Assembly: GCF_006345805.1 (NCBI RefSeq)
Contig: NC_043003.1
Location: forward strand, 67,146,001-67,210,000
Direction: 5' to 3'
Source of the DNA: Octopus sinensis
Taxonomy: Eukaryota
DNA length: 64,000 nt
Of the stretch, positions 50,611-64,000 are shown one piece after another (the stretch's first letter is position 1; every line of letters starts with the position of its first letter). The position numbers and the translations under genes were made by a program. The notes beneath the pieces are model-generated. The model did not search any database. It was not told the origin of the DNA and saw only the letters and a list, made by a program, of their open reading frames with translations.

Positions 50611-52839
50611 ATAGTATTGATATTTTGACAGATAGACATGGTCATCCACCAATTCAAGTGTCTGACATTATCTTTAAAATGAATGAACAGCTAGAAATCA
50701 GGTGACATATTTTGTATTTATACTGGCTGTTTTCTCTGTATTTGACATCGTCTTTTCATTTGTTAGTATTGGTGTTGTTATTCTTCTACCTCGATTCATT
50801 CCTCATTGAGTACATGTATTATCAAAGGTTTTACAGGTGTGGTTATCTTGCCGTGCACTTTACATTACCTCTAAGATTACTCTTCCAACTCTTTACCTTC
50901 TGAGTTCAAATTCCGCCGAGATCAACCACTCTTTTCATTCCTTCGGGGTTCATACGTTAAATGTCAGTTAAGCACTGCTGTTGATGTAACCGACTTACAT
51001 CTCTCCTAAGATCATTGGCTTTGTGCTATAATTTTAAATCATTCTTTATTGTGTTCCTTTCTTCCTAAGATTACTGTGTATAATTTGTGAGAGATTTTAT
51101 TGTTATTTCTAGCAAACCGGGCGATGAGGTATTGGACGGTTCCTTGTGGAAAATACCTCGACGTTAGATCCCTTAGCGGACTCCCACTCAACTTAAGCAA
51201 GTACTGATTCTGCAATAAAAGAACTCGAGTCACATTACACATTATCACGAAGAATGTCCTTGTACATTTACTATATAGACAATGTTATCTCCAAGTTAAA
51301 CATTCACTATTCCATGTGTGTCTTTACATCTGTAAGTCAGTCTTCATGTACTTTTTTCTGAATTCATCTTACCGCTTCCTGCTTAATTTGTGTAATGGGT
51401 GGAACAGTTTTCTTGGAAAGCCGCGTTCTATTAGTCTCACTAAAGTAATTTTGCCGCTATCAAATTAATTGTTATAGATTTTAAATTTTATATACTTCTC
51501 TATTTGTATGGGGCTCATGCTTTCTTTCTGCAGGGGTAATGTATTTGCTTTATAACAATGCACTTTTCCATCCAGCGTTTTTCAGAATTACATGACCGTG
51601 ACTTGGTACATGCGATGACTTTCGATTTATGTCTGACAACCTACTCTAGGAATCAATCCTGTTTCTTTTGCTTTTTCTCTCCCCTAATGCACTTAGAAGT
51701 TGCCAATTTTTTAAAATCAAAATTCCTCTATTTGTTGCAAGACATTCAGTGTATAATACTAAAGTTCAACTTTTGTGTGAGATAGATTTATGCAGTCTCA
51801 TATTTTTGCCAATAAATTGAGCGTTTGTTATTTATTCGTCTCTTCTGTGTTATGTGTTTCCAAATTTATTACTCTTTTATATATTGTATTGTGCTTACTT
51901 CATTTATGGTGATGCACTTATAATGTCATAAACAATTTATTATTTGAAGAAAACAGTGAGATCCTAAGGGAAGCCCTGACACATAGGTTTAGACTGAAGT
52001 TCATTTTACAGTGTTGTAATTTCCATGTAGAGATATTTATATAATCATATTCCATCTTTTTTATATTCACCTAATCATACGTAAAGAATAAGAGTTATAT
52101 ATGACCAGAGTAGAGGTTACTCAATGCATCATATATTTTGTGGTTGTGAGGAATACAAGAAAGAGCCTTGCCTGAAACAGCGAACACGACAATATGCCAG
52201 ACCAACTTACTTTTCATGTCAATATACGTCTCATGTTTTATAGGCATCTCTAGGATATCAAATATATCACGAAGAACATAAATTTATGGTCCCTCCTTTC
52301 GTAGATCATGAAAAAGGTACCAAATCGTATAACATAATTCGGTTTCAAAAGATATTTCTAACTTTGTTTCATGTCAGAAATATTCTTACTTTGCTGTATG
52401 TACGAAAGAAGATCGATGCAGAGTAGATGCCTAATATACACGTTTAATCGGTTTACAAAGTTACATAAACATTTCTATCAGACAAGGCTGTTTGATTAAA
52501 ATATTCCACATCTATTTTATTATAGCTTATAGCTGTTATATTCTACAAATGCTTTGGTTTTCTCCAAGTTTAGATCAGTACCAGCTAAATATTGTCATCC
52601 ATGCAGTAGCAGGTCTCCTATATTTTTCGGTTGGCTGGCTGGTTGGTTTTGTCGGTTGATTACTGTGTAAATCGTTTTGCTCTACATTATTTGTATGACA
52701 CAGGTATATTTTGTGAACAGCATTTTGAAATAGTTAATGTCCACTGATATCATTTCTTTATCGAATATTGACCAATACAATTACTGTGCTAATTTTTCAT
52801 GACTGTCATTATATTTCGTAGTCATTATTTGAGTACAGG

Positions 52840-53370
52840 AAGGCGTCGAGCTGGCAAAAACGTTAGCATACCGAGCAAAATGCTTAGCGGTATTTCGTCT
52901 GCCGTTACGTTCTGAGTTCAAATTCCGCCGAGGTCGACTTTGCCTTTCATCCTTTCGGGATCGATAAATTAAGTACCAGTTACACACTGGAGTCGATGCA
53001 ATCGACTTAATCCGTCTGTCTCTCTTTGTTTGTCTTCTCTGTGTTTAGCTCCTTATGGGTAGTAAAGAAATAAGTATTTCATATGTCGCTACGCTCTGAG
53101 TTCAAATTCCGCCGAGGTCGACTTTGCCTTTCATCCTTTCGGGGTCGATTAAATAAGTACCAGTTACGCACTGGGGTCTATATAATCGACTTAATCCGTT
53201 TGCCTGTCCTCGTTTGTCCTCTCTGTGTTTAGCCCCTTGTGGGTAGTAAAGAAATAGGTATTTCGTCAGTCTTTACGTTCTGAGTTCAAATTCCACCGAG
53301 GTCGTCTTTGCCGTTCATCCTTTCGGGATTGATAAATTAAGTACCAGTTGCATACTTGGTTCGATCAAAA
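52840..53370 (+). mobile_element. SINE family A trimer
   Basis: Three ~185-bp units. gagttcaaattcc occurs at ~52915, ~53099 and ~53282. Confidence 0.92.
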
Positions 53371-53509
53371 GTTTCGGACTTTTGCCAGGAGTAGAATATA
53401 TTATTTGAGTACAAATACAGCTTATACTATACATGTGATTACTTTGAGTATTCAGCGCTTTGTTTTGCATTGCAAACTACAAGCTAAATCTGCCTAAAAT
53501 TATCTCCTT

Positions 53510-53860
53510 TTAACCTAAACTGGCACTTCGTTGGTTACGATCGCGAGTGTTCTAACTCATCTGGTCAACATAAGAATCCGTTCGTGAAATTTACATGCTA
53601 GTGGTTGAGCAGTCCATAGACACGTGTAATCCTAAACATAGTTCTTAGGAAGATTCAGTAACAGAGAATGTGAGAAGTTTCTCCCATTGAATTACAAATA
53701 CAACTCTTTTTGCTTACTAAGTGGACTGGTGCAATGTCAAATAAAGTGTCTTTCTCAAGGATACAATACGCCTAATGGGAATCGTGCTCACAAACTTACG
53801 ACTGTGAGCCGAATATTATTAATTGTGCGTCTACACCTTGTTAATATATTGCTACGGTTA
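53510..53860 (-). mobile_element. SINE with a family-D-like head and the tail seen at 60230-60420
   Basis: On minus: ..gtatccttgagaaagacactttatttgacattg..ctgaatcttcctaagaac..aatttcacgaacgg..cgtaaccaacgaagtgcca. Confidence 0.65.
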
Positions 53861-53924
53861 AACTATCGTTTGTAATAAGGTTTTGAATTTAATTTTACTT
53901 GTCCATTTACATTATTTTCTACTC

Positions 53925-54130
53925 TAGGCACAATGCCCGAAGCATTTGAGGAGGAGGCATGTCGATTACATCGAATCCAGTACGCAACTGGTACTTAATT
54001 TATCGACCCTGAAAAGATGACAAGCAAAGTTTACTTTGGCGGAATTTGAAATCAGAACGTAGAGACAGACAAAATACCACTAAGCATTTCGTCCGGTGTG
54101 CTGTGCTAACCATTCTGCCAGCTCGCCGCC
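53925..54130 (-). mobile_element. SINE family A
   Basis: Reverse complement of ggcggcgagctggcagaat..ttctgatttcaaattccgcc..aagtaccagttgcgtactgg. Confidence 0.85.
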
Positions 54131-56085
54131 TTGCTTGTCCATTTACACAGACTGACATTTGCTTTATAAATGATAATATATGTAGCTGGGTACTGTTTGA
54201 CTCGAAGTCAACTAATTGGGCAGAACCTTATTCAAAGGCATTTCAGTTCTGTTAGATTTGGCTTTTGATAACTTGCTTATCCAATGACTCCTTTATATAT
54301 ATGGCGGCTGCATATCTTTCATGGATATTTCACTGTTATTTGTAACCGTCCATTAATTACATAGAATCTTTCTCTTTGGATGTATTCATTAGTCACGAAA
54401 ATAAAGTGATGTAAATAGACTATATTTACATTAGTAAGTGTTTACCTGTACGTCTCTTGATACAGATTCAATCTGAGTTTAATCTCGTTTGCATAGAGAA
54501 GCTTCCCTGATATTTCTAGAATTTTCTTTGAATTCTTATCACTTCAAGTCGATAATACGAAGTGATATTCTGAATATTATCGACCGCTATAATCGAATTT
54601 CAAGAATTCGGCGAAGTTTTAAGTTTGTACAAGTGTAGGATGCTAACACGTTCTTCGGTGCTGAGACATATCACGACATTACACTTTACAATTCCACATT
54701 GGACGTGATGTGGTCGCTTCACATACCAACGCCTTTTGTCTATTCAAAATCTGTTCGATTATCTTTTCTAAATAAATACTTATTCAATTGTTCATTGCTG
54801 ATCTTTAACTTCCTTCTGTTTATAACTTTGATTACAAAACATGTAGATATATTTCTATAGAAATATATTTCAAAGATGCTTTTTCTTTTACTTTATAAAG
54901 ATACAATAATTCATGGAAGAAGCCAGTAGCTCAGGACTAGTTGCCAAGCTGGGGGAATTATACTGGTCTTTAAATATATGTAGAGAAAGAAGAATCTGTT
55001 ATAAATATTGTTCAACTGATGTGATCATGGACATTGTTCTTTTTGAGAGTATGCTTCCGAGATTTGCTTAATACGGGATATTGCAAGATTATCAGAATTT
55101 CATCCGCTGTGAGAATTTTCTGGGTCTCATGAAGTTGGAACATCAGAGTAAGACGAAGGAGACACGCCATGAAGAAAAATAGGTATAAGAATAGAATAAA
55201 ATAGGTATAAGAATTAAGGAAGAAATTAACTCCCTTAAGACAAAACCCTTCGTAAAATTTGAACTGGAACTATTCCGGATGATCATTTAATGAATTAGCC
55301 ACGAAATACTTTGACATTAAGAGAGTAAGCGTACCCTTTACTTGCACAAATCTATCGAAGAGCTTTATGTAGCTGTCACACTACTCATTGTGCTTTATGT
55401 TTAGCATGATTATTATGATCGTTTTCTAGATGAGGACTAAACTCTGCTTCTCTGGATCACGTTCTGATATATTTTTCACGTTTCCATTAATATAAAAACA
55501 TTACAAGGTGTATTTTGTTGTATTGTTGTATAGTGGCCTTCATTCTGAAATTTGAAGACTAATGGCCATCATACTGTCTCTTTTACAAGCAAGCATATCA
55601 TATTTGTGTCTATTTTGTGTTCTGACAGAAATAGATTAACTTCTATATTGAGCCAATGAAAGTGTAGCAAAGGTTTGCGATCGGTTCCGTTCACAACTAC
55701 ATTGACGACGTGTTCAATGCACTGAGATTTTCAAGAAGTATTTAAAGCGTCTTTCATCTGCATAACCAACGTTAGTTCTTTAAAAGATCATATTATGCCA
55801 CCCGTATAGTTTCTTAATAAACTGTACAACTTCATCAACTGAGAAGTGAACACACTTGTATGAATTAGCTTGATTTCATTTTGAGCCAACTGAATGAATG
55901 TTATTTTCTTATTCGATTCGATTTCATTTTCCTCACGTTGCCAATAAGGATTACAATTGCTAGCAGTACTGAAGGTGATCGCCTATAAGTTAAGGTGATG
56001 GGCTGGCTAAATATTATAAGTTCAATTCCTAGACTGGGCATAAAATTATGCCTTTGAGCCAAGCACATTATTTTACATTGCTGTC

Positions 56086-56599
56086 TTCTTCTTCTTCTTC
56101 TTCTTCTTCTTCTTCTTCTTCTTCTTCTTCTTCTTCTTCTTCTTCTTCTTCTTCCAATCAGGACTCATGCCATTAGCCACAAAGAATAATCTCTAATTCG
56201 CGCCTGCTCTAAGCTACTATGAATGCGTGTGGCAACTTGAAGATCCACCCACCACACGCGATAGACTGGCGGTTGCACGGGCGCGAAAGCTACGTTGTTA
56301 TCCTCATTCCGTAATGGGTGCCTTTTAACGGGTGGAGAGCTGAACCATCCTGGGGTATAGAGGATTCGCAATCTAGATTAGGGTCTGAAATTTTACCACA
56401 CCATAGTGGATTACACCATGGTTCCTCTGCTTTGTGGCAGAAGTAGGAAGAAAGAGTGAGAGAACGTTGTGGTGAAATAGTAGCGTGGAGCATAGGTGTT
56501 TTGCTCAATAAACACTCACAATGCCCGGCTTGGGAATCGAAACCGCGCTCTTACGACCGCAAGTCCGCTTCCCTAATCACTTGGCCATTGCGCCTCCAC
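56086..56599 (-). mobile_element. SINE family C head fused to a different body ending in (GAA)n, tail type 3
   Basis: Head gtggaggcgcaatggccaagtgattaggg. The body acccgttaaaaggcacccattacggaatgaggataac..gagtcctgattg runs into (GAA)n (56086-56154). Confidence 0.72.
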
Positions 56600-56763
56600 T
56601 TTACGTTGCTGTAGTCTTTCTTATCTCACTATTCAAATCGTGGATTTTGCCGGTAGGTCAAGGGTGGGAATTACGAAATGTTGCCTAAATTTAAGATAAT
56701 TAGCCAAGGCATGCTTTATGCTATCAAGTCATACTCCCTCGCAAGTGTCGGTTATAAATTCTT

Positions 56764-56836
<73 letters not shown>

Positions 56837-57159
56837 TAAATTGTTATGTGATCATCACTATCATCTATATTCTCGCCCATGTTTGTATACACAAAGAAAG
56901 AGATAATATCGGAGAATGAAAATAAGGCCTTTCTATAATAAACATTTCAGACATCCACATCTTATGTTTAAGTACTACCTCGTATTTCTTTATGTCTTTG
57001 GTTCACACGTAATGAAAGTATTTTAGAAATTATATTAACGCTCGCAAAAAGATATTGGTATTGTACGACTAGTTGTATTTTCTCTCAAGAACCTAAATTC
57101 TTACTTCAAATCAATTATTCTTTTATTCGTTTATTCTTTTGTAAGCCAAGTACTTACTC

Positions 57160-57220
57160 TAGCAGTATCTTTTGGCGAAGGTAAACACACCAACATCAGT
57201 TGTCAAGCGATGATAGGAGA

Positions 57221-57308
<88 letters not shown>

Positions 57309-57310
57309 CT

Positions 57311-57361
<51 letters not shown>

Positions 57362-57500
57362 GACCTCTTGCAGTTTCTGTCTAACAAATCCACTTACAAG
57401 GCTTTGGTCAGACCGAGGCTATAGCAGAGGTCATTTGCCCAAGGTGCCAGATAGTGAGACGGAACCCAGAACCATGTGGTGCAAACTACTTACCACACAG
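57160..57500 (-). mobile_element. SINE family B with a ~135-bp internal (TA)n(TG)n
   Basis: On minus: ggctgtgtggtaagtagtttgca..ggcaccttgggcaaatgacc..gatttgttagacag..(TA)(TG)..cgcttgacaactgatgttggtgtgttt. Confidence 0.88.
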
Positions 57501-58499
57501 CCTTAGAAATTATTATTATTAGCAAGTATAACAATACTGAATTTAATATATTCGCTTTGTACACACGCATCATCAGGTTACTTTTGTTCAATGACTGGAA
57601 ACACTTGAAACTATGCATTTTCACAATCTTTTTCTGATCACTAACTGGTAAAATTTTGCATCGTTTTGATGCATATGCTTTCGGCATAAATTCTTAGTTA
57701 TTTAGATTTTTTTTTCATATTCTCAAGGTTGGCATCTTGCGTGTACTCAAACGCTCTCTCTGCCTTTCACTTGAGTCTATAGGACACAAAATACTTTTCC
57801 ATCCAGCGTTTTTCAGAATTACATGACCGTGGCTTGGTACATGCGATGACTTTCGATCTATGTCTGACAACCTACTCTAGGAATCAATCCTGTTTCTTTT
57901 GCTTTTTCCCTCCCCTAGTATTTTTTTTTATTTATTAATTTTTTTTGTGGGAGGTGTGGTTGAGGTCCTTTATGCTCAAACTAGTCTATTACATAGGTAA
58001 TTCTTTTTTTCTAATTAGCTGCCAATTATAATTACAAAATAACCACGTATTCATTTTATAAATATAAATATACTTTCTGTGAAGCACTAATGAGGCTCTT
58101 TGCTGACTTGCATAATAGAACATATTAGAGATATTAATGCTTATGTTACATTCAGTATTGATTTGTAATGAAAACATATCTACAAAGACATTACACTATT
58201 AGGGATGCAACCTTTTTCGTTATCATCTAACATTACCGTGGGTAGCTCTATTTAATGTACACCTTTTCGATACATAATATCCAATTTTAGGTAAATTTAA
58301 TTGCTATTTCGTATACATTACTCTAACACAGTGTCGTTATGAATGTTCATATTTTCATTAGTATTACATAAAACTTTCAAGAAAACCTTTCTGTTAGACT
58401 TCGATGGTGCAGGGCATTTATTAATGCAACAATTTCTGTATTGCTTTTCAAAGTTTTAGCGATATTTGTATCTCATTATTTAGTAACGATAATGTTTGT

Positions 58500-58832
58500 C
58501 TTGGCTCAGTGGTTAGAGGGTCAAGTTTACGATCGTGAGGTTGTGAGTTCGAATCCCGGACCGGGCTGCGTATTGTGTTCTTGAACAAGACACTTTATTT
58601 CACGTTGCTAGAGTTCACACAGCCGTAGAAGTGGGCTGCAACGTCACAGGCGCCAAGTTGTATCGGCCCTTTTGCCCCTCCCTTGGATAACACAGGTGGC
58701 GTTGAGAGGGGGAGGCCGGTATATATGGGCGACTTTTGGTCTTCGATAAAAACAACCTTGCCCGGACTAGTGCCTGGGAGGGTAACTTTCTAGGTGCAAT
58801 CCCACGGTCAGTCATGACCGAAGGCGGTCTCA
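58500..58832 (+). mobile_element. SINE family D
   Basis: tggctcagtggttagag (A box)..gagttcgaatccc (B box)..gttcttgaacaagacactttatttcacg. Confidence 0.85.
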
Positions 58833-60038
58833 GCTTTTGTCACGTAACATTTCCCTTCAACATATTGACAAGTGATAATTCAAGTGGAGGATTAAGTCCG
58901 GGAGTTGTCAGAATCGTTATAGAGTCAAACAAATTCGCTGAACAGTATTTCTTCCGCCTATGTTGACTTTGCTGTTAATCGTTTTGGGGGATCGATAAAG
59001 GACGTACCATTTGAGCATTGGTGTCGATGTAATCGAATTTCTCATTCTCTTAACATTACTGGCCTTATGCGGCTGATAGAATTACAGGAGCGGATATGCA
59101 CGGCTAAAGTCTCTTGAAGATGGTTCTCAAATATAATCACGGTCTTATGGCTGAAAGCAACAAATGAATTATAACAAGAGAATATTACTTATTTTCTTCA
59201 TACTTTTATTTATTTATTTTTTTGGAAAGATAGAACTTCCTAATTTCTTCTCGACATCTACATATTTCCTTTTTCCGATTTCTCAATATCACGACTGGTA
59301 ATTTTTTTCTTTTTTTTTATGCCTTTCGGTTTCCTTTCTGTGATAATCACATTTGGAATATTTTCAAAACCTTATCTATCTCGAGAATGACTGTCTTTAA
59401 CATAATTCACATTATAAAATTGCTCCCTACGGCTTTCCGTTTGTTAGACGCTGCACAAGCATCTACATTATTTATTAATCTTCTGTTTAATCTCCATAGT
59501 TCAAATATCAGTTGTCTCTATTTTCTGATTTATCATGCGCTTGCTTTGGTTTGCATACTGTGTCGGAGGCTTGATTTCGTAGATAACATAGGTTAACTCA
59601 TTTATCATTTTTCCCATTATGTTTAATTAATTTCTAGTTTTAGAGAATTTTGAACATTTTTAACGAAACATCACGATCTCCCAAATTTCTCATAATCTAT
59701 TCTATTTTCTCACCTACAAATGACCTTTTCTGCCTGTATTTTGTTATACATTTCTTATGTAGCTAAGATGTACTTAATATTCATTCGATAGCGTTCATGT
59801 TACCTTATCAACATAGTTAAGATCGCGTCTCCGGAGGTTGAGTTGTATCTGCAAGTCGAATATGATCGTGCAGAACAGCCTTAGGATCAAACGTATAGAA
59901 AACATGGCGATCTAAATATTTTTCATGGGTTAATATCTTCCTTTTAAATATGGCAGGCTTTTATGTGTTAGAGGCCTACCGCTGGTATTAACTCTTCATA
60001 GATCACATAAAGTCTTTCTGTGACGGTTATATAGGGCT

Positions 60039-60420
60039 TGTGGAGGCGCAATGGCCCAGTGATTAGGGCAGCGAACTCGCGGTCGTAAGATCACGGTTTC
60101 GATTCCCAGACCGGGCGTTGTGAGTGCTTGTTGAGCGAAGACACCTAAAGCTCCACTTGACTCCAGCAGGGGGTGGTGATGAACCCTGCTGCACTCTTTC
60201 ACCACAACTTTCACTTTTTCTTCCTGTTTCTGTTGTACCTGTACTTGAAAGGACCGGCCTTGTCACACTTTGTGTCACGCTGAATCTCCCTGAGAACAAT
60301 ATTAAGTGTACTCTTTTCTGTCGAGAGCTCAGCCACTTGCACGTTAATTTCACGAGCAGGCTGTTCCACTGATTGGATCAGCAGGAACCCTCGTCGTCGC
60401 AACCGACGGAGTGCCACGAT
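60039..60420 (+). mobile_element. SINE family C, tail type 4
   Basis: Head tgtggaggcgcaatggcccagtgattagggcagcg. The tail is cacgctgaatctccctgagaac..cgcaaccgacggagtgccac. Confidence 0.88.
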
Positions 60421-61225
60421 GTATAGGGCTTATATTGACTATTACACCGATTATTTCATATTAATGGTTGTTGTTAGCCGTGAATGTCTCAGAATAGCAT
60501 GTATTTCCTTGGTATTTTATCATAAACAAAACTAAATTATCAGCAGAACTATACTAGCAGGATTCATACAATAAACCGACACCATTCATTCTCATCCTTT
60601 TCTATGTTTTGTGTTTCAACATTTAATAAAATATAAATGTCATTTCCCATTTTTTAATTCTATTCTGTACTATTTTACTCAAAGGTTTATTACACGCATA
60701 GAATGATTTCAAACGTCGCTGAGACAAATTGATGGCGTATATTCATTGAAATATTGGCGTCCGATGTAGATTCTAATATTCTTACTAAACTGTGCAATCA
60801 TAATAGTTGACCAGAACTAGAAAACGACGATGTTAAATTATTATGGGTATCTTCTATCGAATTTGACCAGGTCAAAATGAAATGAATTTGTATTATATTT
60901 GTCGACAAAGAAAATGAACGTGTGTTGTATAATCGATATTGCGATTCATGAAAACCACAATGTGGAAAAGTATTTCAGAAAATATGGTGAATAGGAAACT
61001 CTTTATAATATTTCTTCTTTGCATATATAGCCTATGGATATTTGTGAACATAAATCAATAGTCTGTGGTAAATTATGGCAAATTTCTTCCTTAGGGTTGT
61101 CTCTATTATTAAGATGTTTCATTCACGATTATGTGGTTCAAAATTTGATCCAGTTCTGGATTGTACCTTCTAAAGTTGTAAGTTAAACTTAATAGAGAAA
61201 ACTAATACTGAAGCCCGTATAAGTG

Positions 61226-61261
<36 letters not shown>

Positions 61262-61505
61262 GTATGTGTGTGATATATTTGTCATTAAATTTGATAGAGT
61301 GCGCTAAAACACCTACAATGCTAGAAATGAGAGTTAAAATGCACTGATGCTGCAGTCAACGCATATAATTGAATGCGTATATACGGACAGTGACCGTAAA
61401 TGGCCGAAATCGGCAGTCGTGATATCCATACGCTGTCAACTGCTGCGACTTCAAAACCGAAACCTCTTCAGTAGCATTGGCTCCACCGGCCAGATTCTGG
61501 ATACT

Positions 61506-61537
<32 letters not shown>

Positions 61538-61589
61538 ATAATATATATATATATATTATATATATATATATATATTCTTTTATTCTTCT

Positions 61590-61885
61590 ATTTTTTTCAA
61601 CCATCGCTTTTGCCGAACCGCTAAGTTACGGGGATGCAAACGCACCAACATCGGTTGTCAAGCGATGGTGGGGTGGGGAAACACAGACAAAAAGACACAC
61701 AAACATATATTTATATATATATATATATATACGACGGGCTTCTTTAAGTTTCCTTCTACCAAATCCACTCAGAAATATTTGGTCGGCCCGTGGCTATAAT
61801 AGAAGACACTTGCCTAAGGTGCCACGCAGTGGGACCGAACCTGGAATCATGTGGCTGGGAAGCAAGTTTCTTATGACACAGTCAC
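61590..61885 (-). mobile_element. SINE family B
   Basis: ttttgccgaaccgctaagttacgggga..ttctaccaaatccactc..gccacgcagtgggaccgaacctggaatcatgtgg is the reverse complement of the B consensus seen at 22400. Confidence 0.88.
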
Positions 61886-62205
61886 TCATTTATAAATATA
61901 TTTGTGTAAGTGTGTGTGTATGTATGTATGTATGTATGTATGTATTTATATACATGTATGTATGTCATACCCCTAACAATAATTTCAATTCGAGTCTAAA
62001 AAATATTTCATCACCTGACAAGTATTGATATTCTACAAAAAAAAAATTATTTTATCCTTGGACGGCGCTGATGCTGCCGCTCGCAAAAACGCAATAGTGT
62101 ACAACGAAAAGAGCGTCATTCGAAGATTAGCAAAACCTCGCCCTCAGGCACACTCCAGGTATACTGTTTTCTCTCTTATCGTTCCTCTCTCTCTTTCTTT
62201 TTCTC

Positions 62206-62252
<47 letters not shown>

Positions 62253-64000
62253 CTCTGAGTTTTAATATCTACTGCAATGACTTGTACTCTTCAGAATTCT
62301 CTTTCATCATGCCATCTTCACTCAGATATTTCTGAAACTGTCGTATCGCATTTTTCCAACTTTTGTAGCGACTCCCCCGAGCCCGCATAAACACTAAGTT
62401 TAGTATTTCTTTCCCAGACCGTGTTCTTTTGAAATTTCCTCTTTTACTCAGGTAATTTCCCCTGGATTTATTGCAATGATCGAAGAGAAGTTTTAATCAA
62501 AACACTCTGAACGGTTTGCGAAGGGCGCTAACATCAAGGAAAGACAGTTAGAAAAATATATCTTGGATAATTTTGTTCGTTTTGCCCTTTGATATATGGT
62601 CTGATATCCAAATTGTTGACAGTCACATTTTGAACGGGAAAATATTCCATCGATGGAAATTATTTCATAGGGCGTAAATATGGAGACGATGGGAGTTTGT
62701 GGACCTATGATATAACCGAGAGAATTATATTTTCTAAGAGATAATATTTTTTAAAGAATTATATCACTGTTGATATTTATTCATTGAAATATTTTGAATA
62801 TTGAAAAATAAGTAACATAAAATTTTAACAATCGTGATTATATTGAACAATGTCTTCTCACTTCCATTGTTTTAATGTGATTTGGTTTCATTTATGTCTT
62901 TGTACACAATTCTCTGCACTTTATTGAGCGAGTGAATAGGCCCTAGCAGTAATAAAAAATATTAATGTTTCTATTTTCTTCTCTTTAATATATTGTATGA
63001 ATATCATAATATTATTGTTACTAAGTTCATGAGTATAACAAAAAGCTGTCGATGTTGGAGTACCGCTCGCCCTTTTCCATTGTGATATCAAATCCCGCAA
63101 ACTTTGACATTTGAGTCGATAGAATCAAATAACGTACCACTAAAGTATAAGAATCGATTTCATTGATTATATCGCCTGTCCTATAAACCTTTGGTATTTT
63201 GCCAAACCTAGAGATCATAATTCCAATGATTAATGGCAAGTAACTTTGAGGATGGGTAAGCTCTGTGCGATTAGCGTAATGACCTTGTTTGAAGTATTGC
63301 TTATGATTGTCTAAACTTCACTGGAATCTTTAATAACTTTGAGTCATAAACAAGACATAAACTCATAATAACGGACTGCATTCCTCTTCACCATAATTAC
63401 AAAGTGTTATGTCTATGTTAGAAATCAATATATTTAAGTGAGAATGCCACTGAACACTAAGAGAAAACAAATAGTTACACACTTTAATTTTCAACCTCAA
63501 AAAGAAAGTGAAACGAAAATAAACAAGCCTCTTGTGTCAGATTTCCTGCTTAAGAAATCTCTATAGTGCGGCATAAAAATAGTCAATAGGAATCAATTTC
63601 CTATTGATTCCCAACCAAAATACTTCCATATGGTTTCGCTAGAGAACTTTGGCGTTTATGCAAAGTATTATATTGACACTCAGCGTGACAGTGTGCTTTT
63701 AAAGGAGTCCAACAAAGCCATTGACTTTTCGTTTGGTTCTTTGTATTTCCCAATTTTGTCAATAATAATGCTGTTTTCCTTTTCCGTTGGCTACAATAGA
63801 ATAGTTGAGTTTTATGTTCACGAAATCTGCCGAAAGGTGATTATCTGACAATAGCAATATAAAAACACGAAGATCCACAGTCAATAACTAACAGCTCCAG
63901 GCATATGCAAATCACGGCTTGATAGTGTTTCTATTGTAAGGAATAATTGGGTTTCATCTATGTTTCACTTTTAGAATGGTTCTGTCAGTGGAAGTTGGTT

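Noticed and set aside
58500-58570. tRNA-like sequences with A and B boxes (also 43940-44015 and 60039-60110)
   Set aside because: They have no complete cloverleaf and continue into SINE bodies, so they are SINE heads rather than tRNA genes.
61425-61480. CTGAAGAGG on minus as a further hammerhead
   Set aside because: There is no GAAA or consistent stems I and III.
63027-63848. Short ORFs near the window end
   Set aside because: There is no recognisable domain, splice context or codon pattern, and the frames are interrupted.

Overview
AT-rich, microsatellite-saturated eukaryotic DNA with no prokaryotic features. The SINE repertoire and (TA)n/(TAA)n/(CA)n density suggest an octopus-type coleoid cephalopod, which is an inference. 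The only host coding feature I can support is one 177-bp minus-strand exon (5392-5568) of an SLC6 neurotransmitter/amino-acid:Na+ symporter. The rest of the window appears intronic or intergenic. It holds remnants of Penelope-like elements (GIY-YIG), nests of R4/Dong-type RLE retrotransposons inside (TAA)n, Tx1, CR1-like and RTE LINE fragments, mariner/Tc1/pogo fragments, MITEs and four tRNA-derived SINE families (labelled A-D here for convenience). Most listed ORFs are microsatellite or SINE artefacts. The most notable structure is a 2.6-kb array of a ~545-bp unit inside a (TA)n tract at 27271-29885, with an inverted 5' part followed by head-to-tail copies. Each unit carries a type I hammerhead-like motif with an atypical CCGAUGA core. 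The same core recurs in an otherwise unrelated 351-bp unit at 20193-20567. Together they point to a possible retrozyme-like or Penelope-dependent family. An assembly artefact has to be excluded for the array. Repeat boundaries are approximate (read by eye) unless stated to the base.
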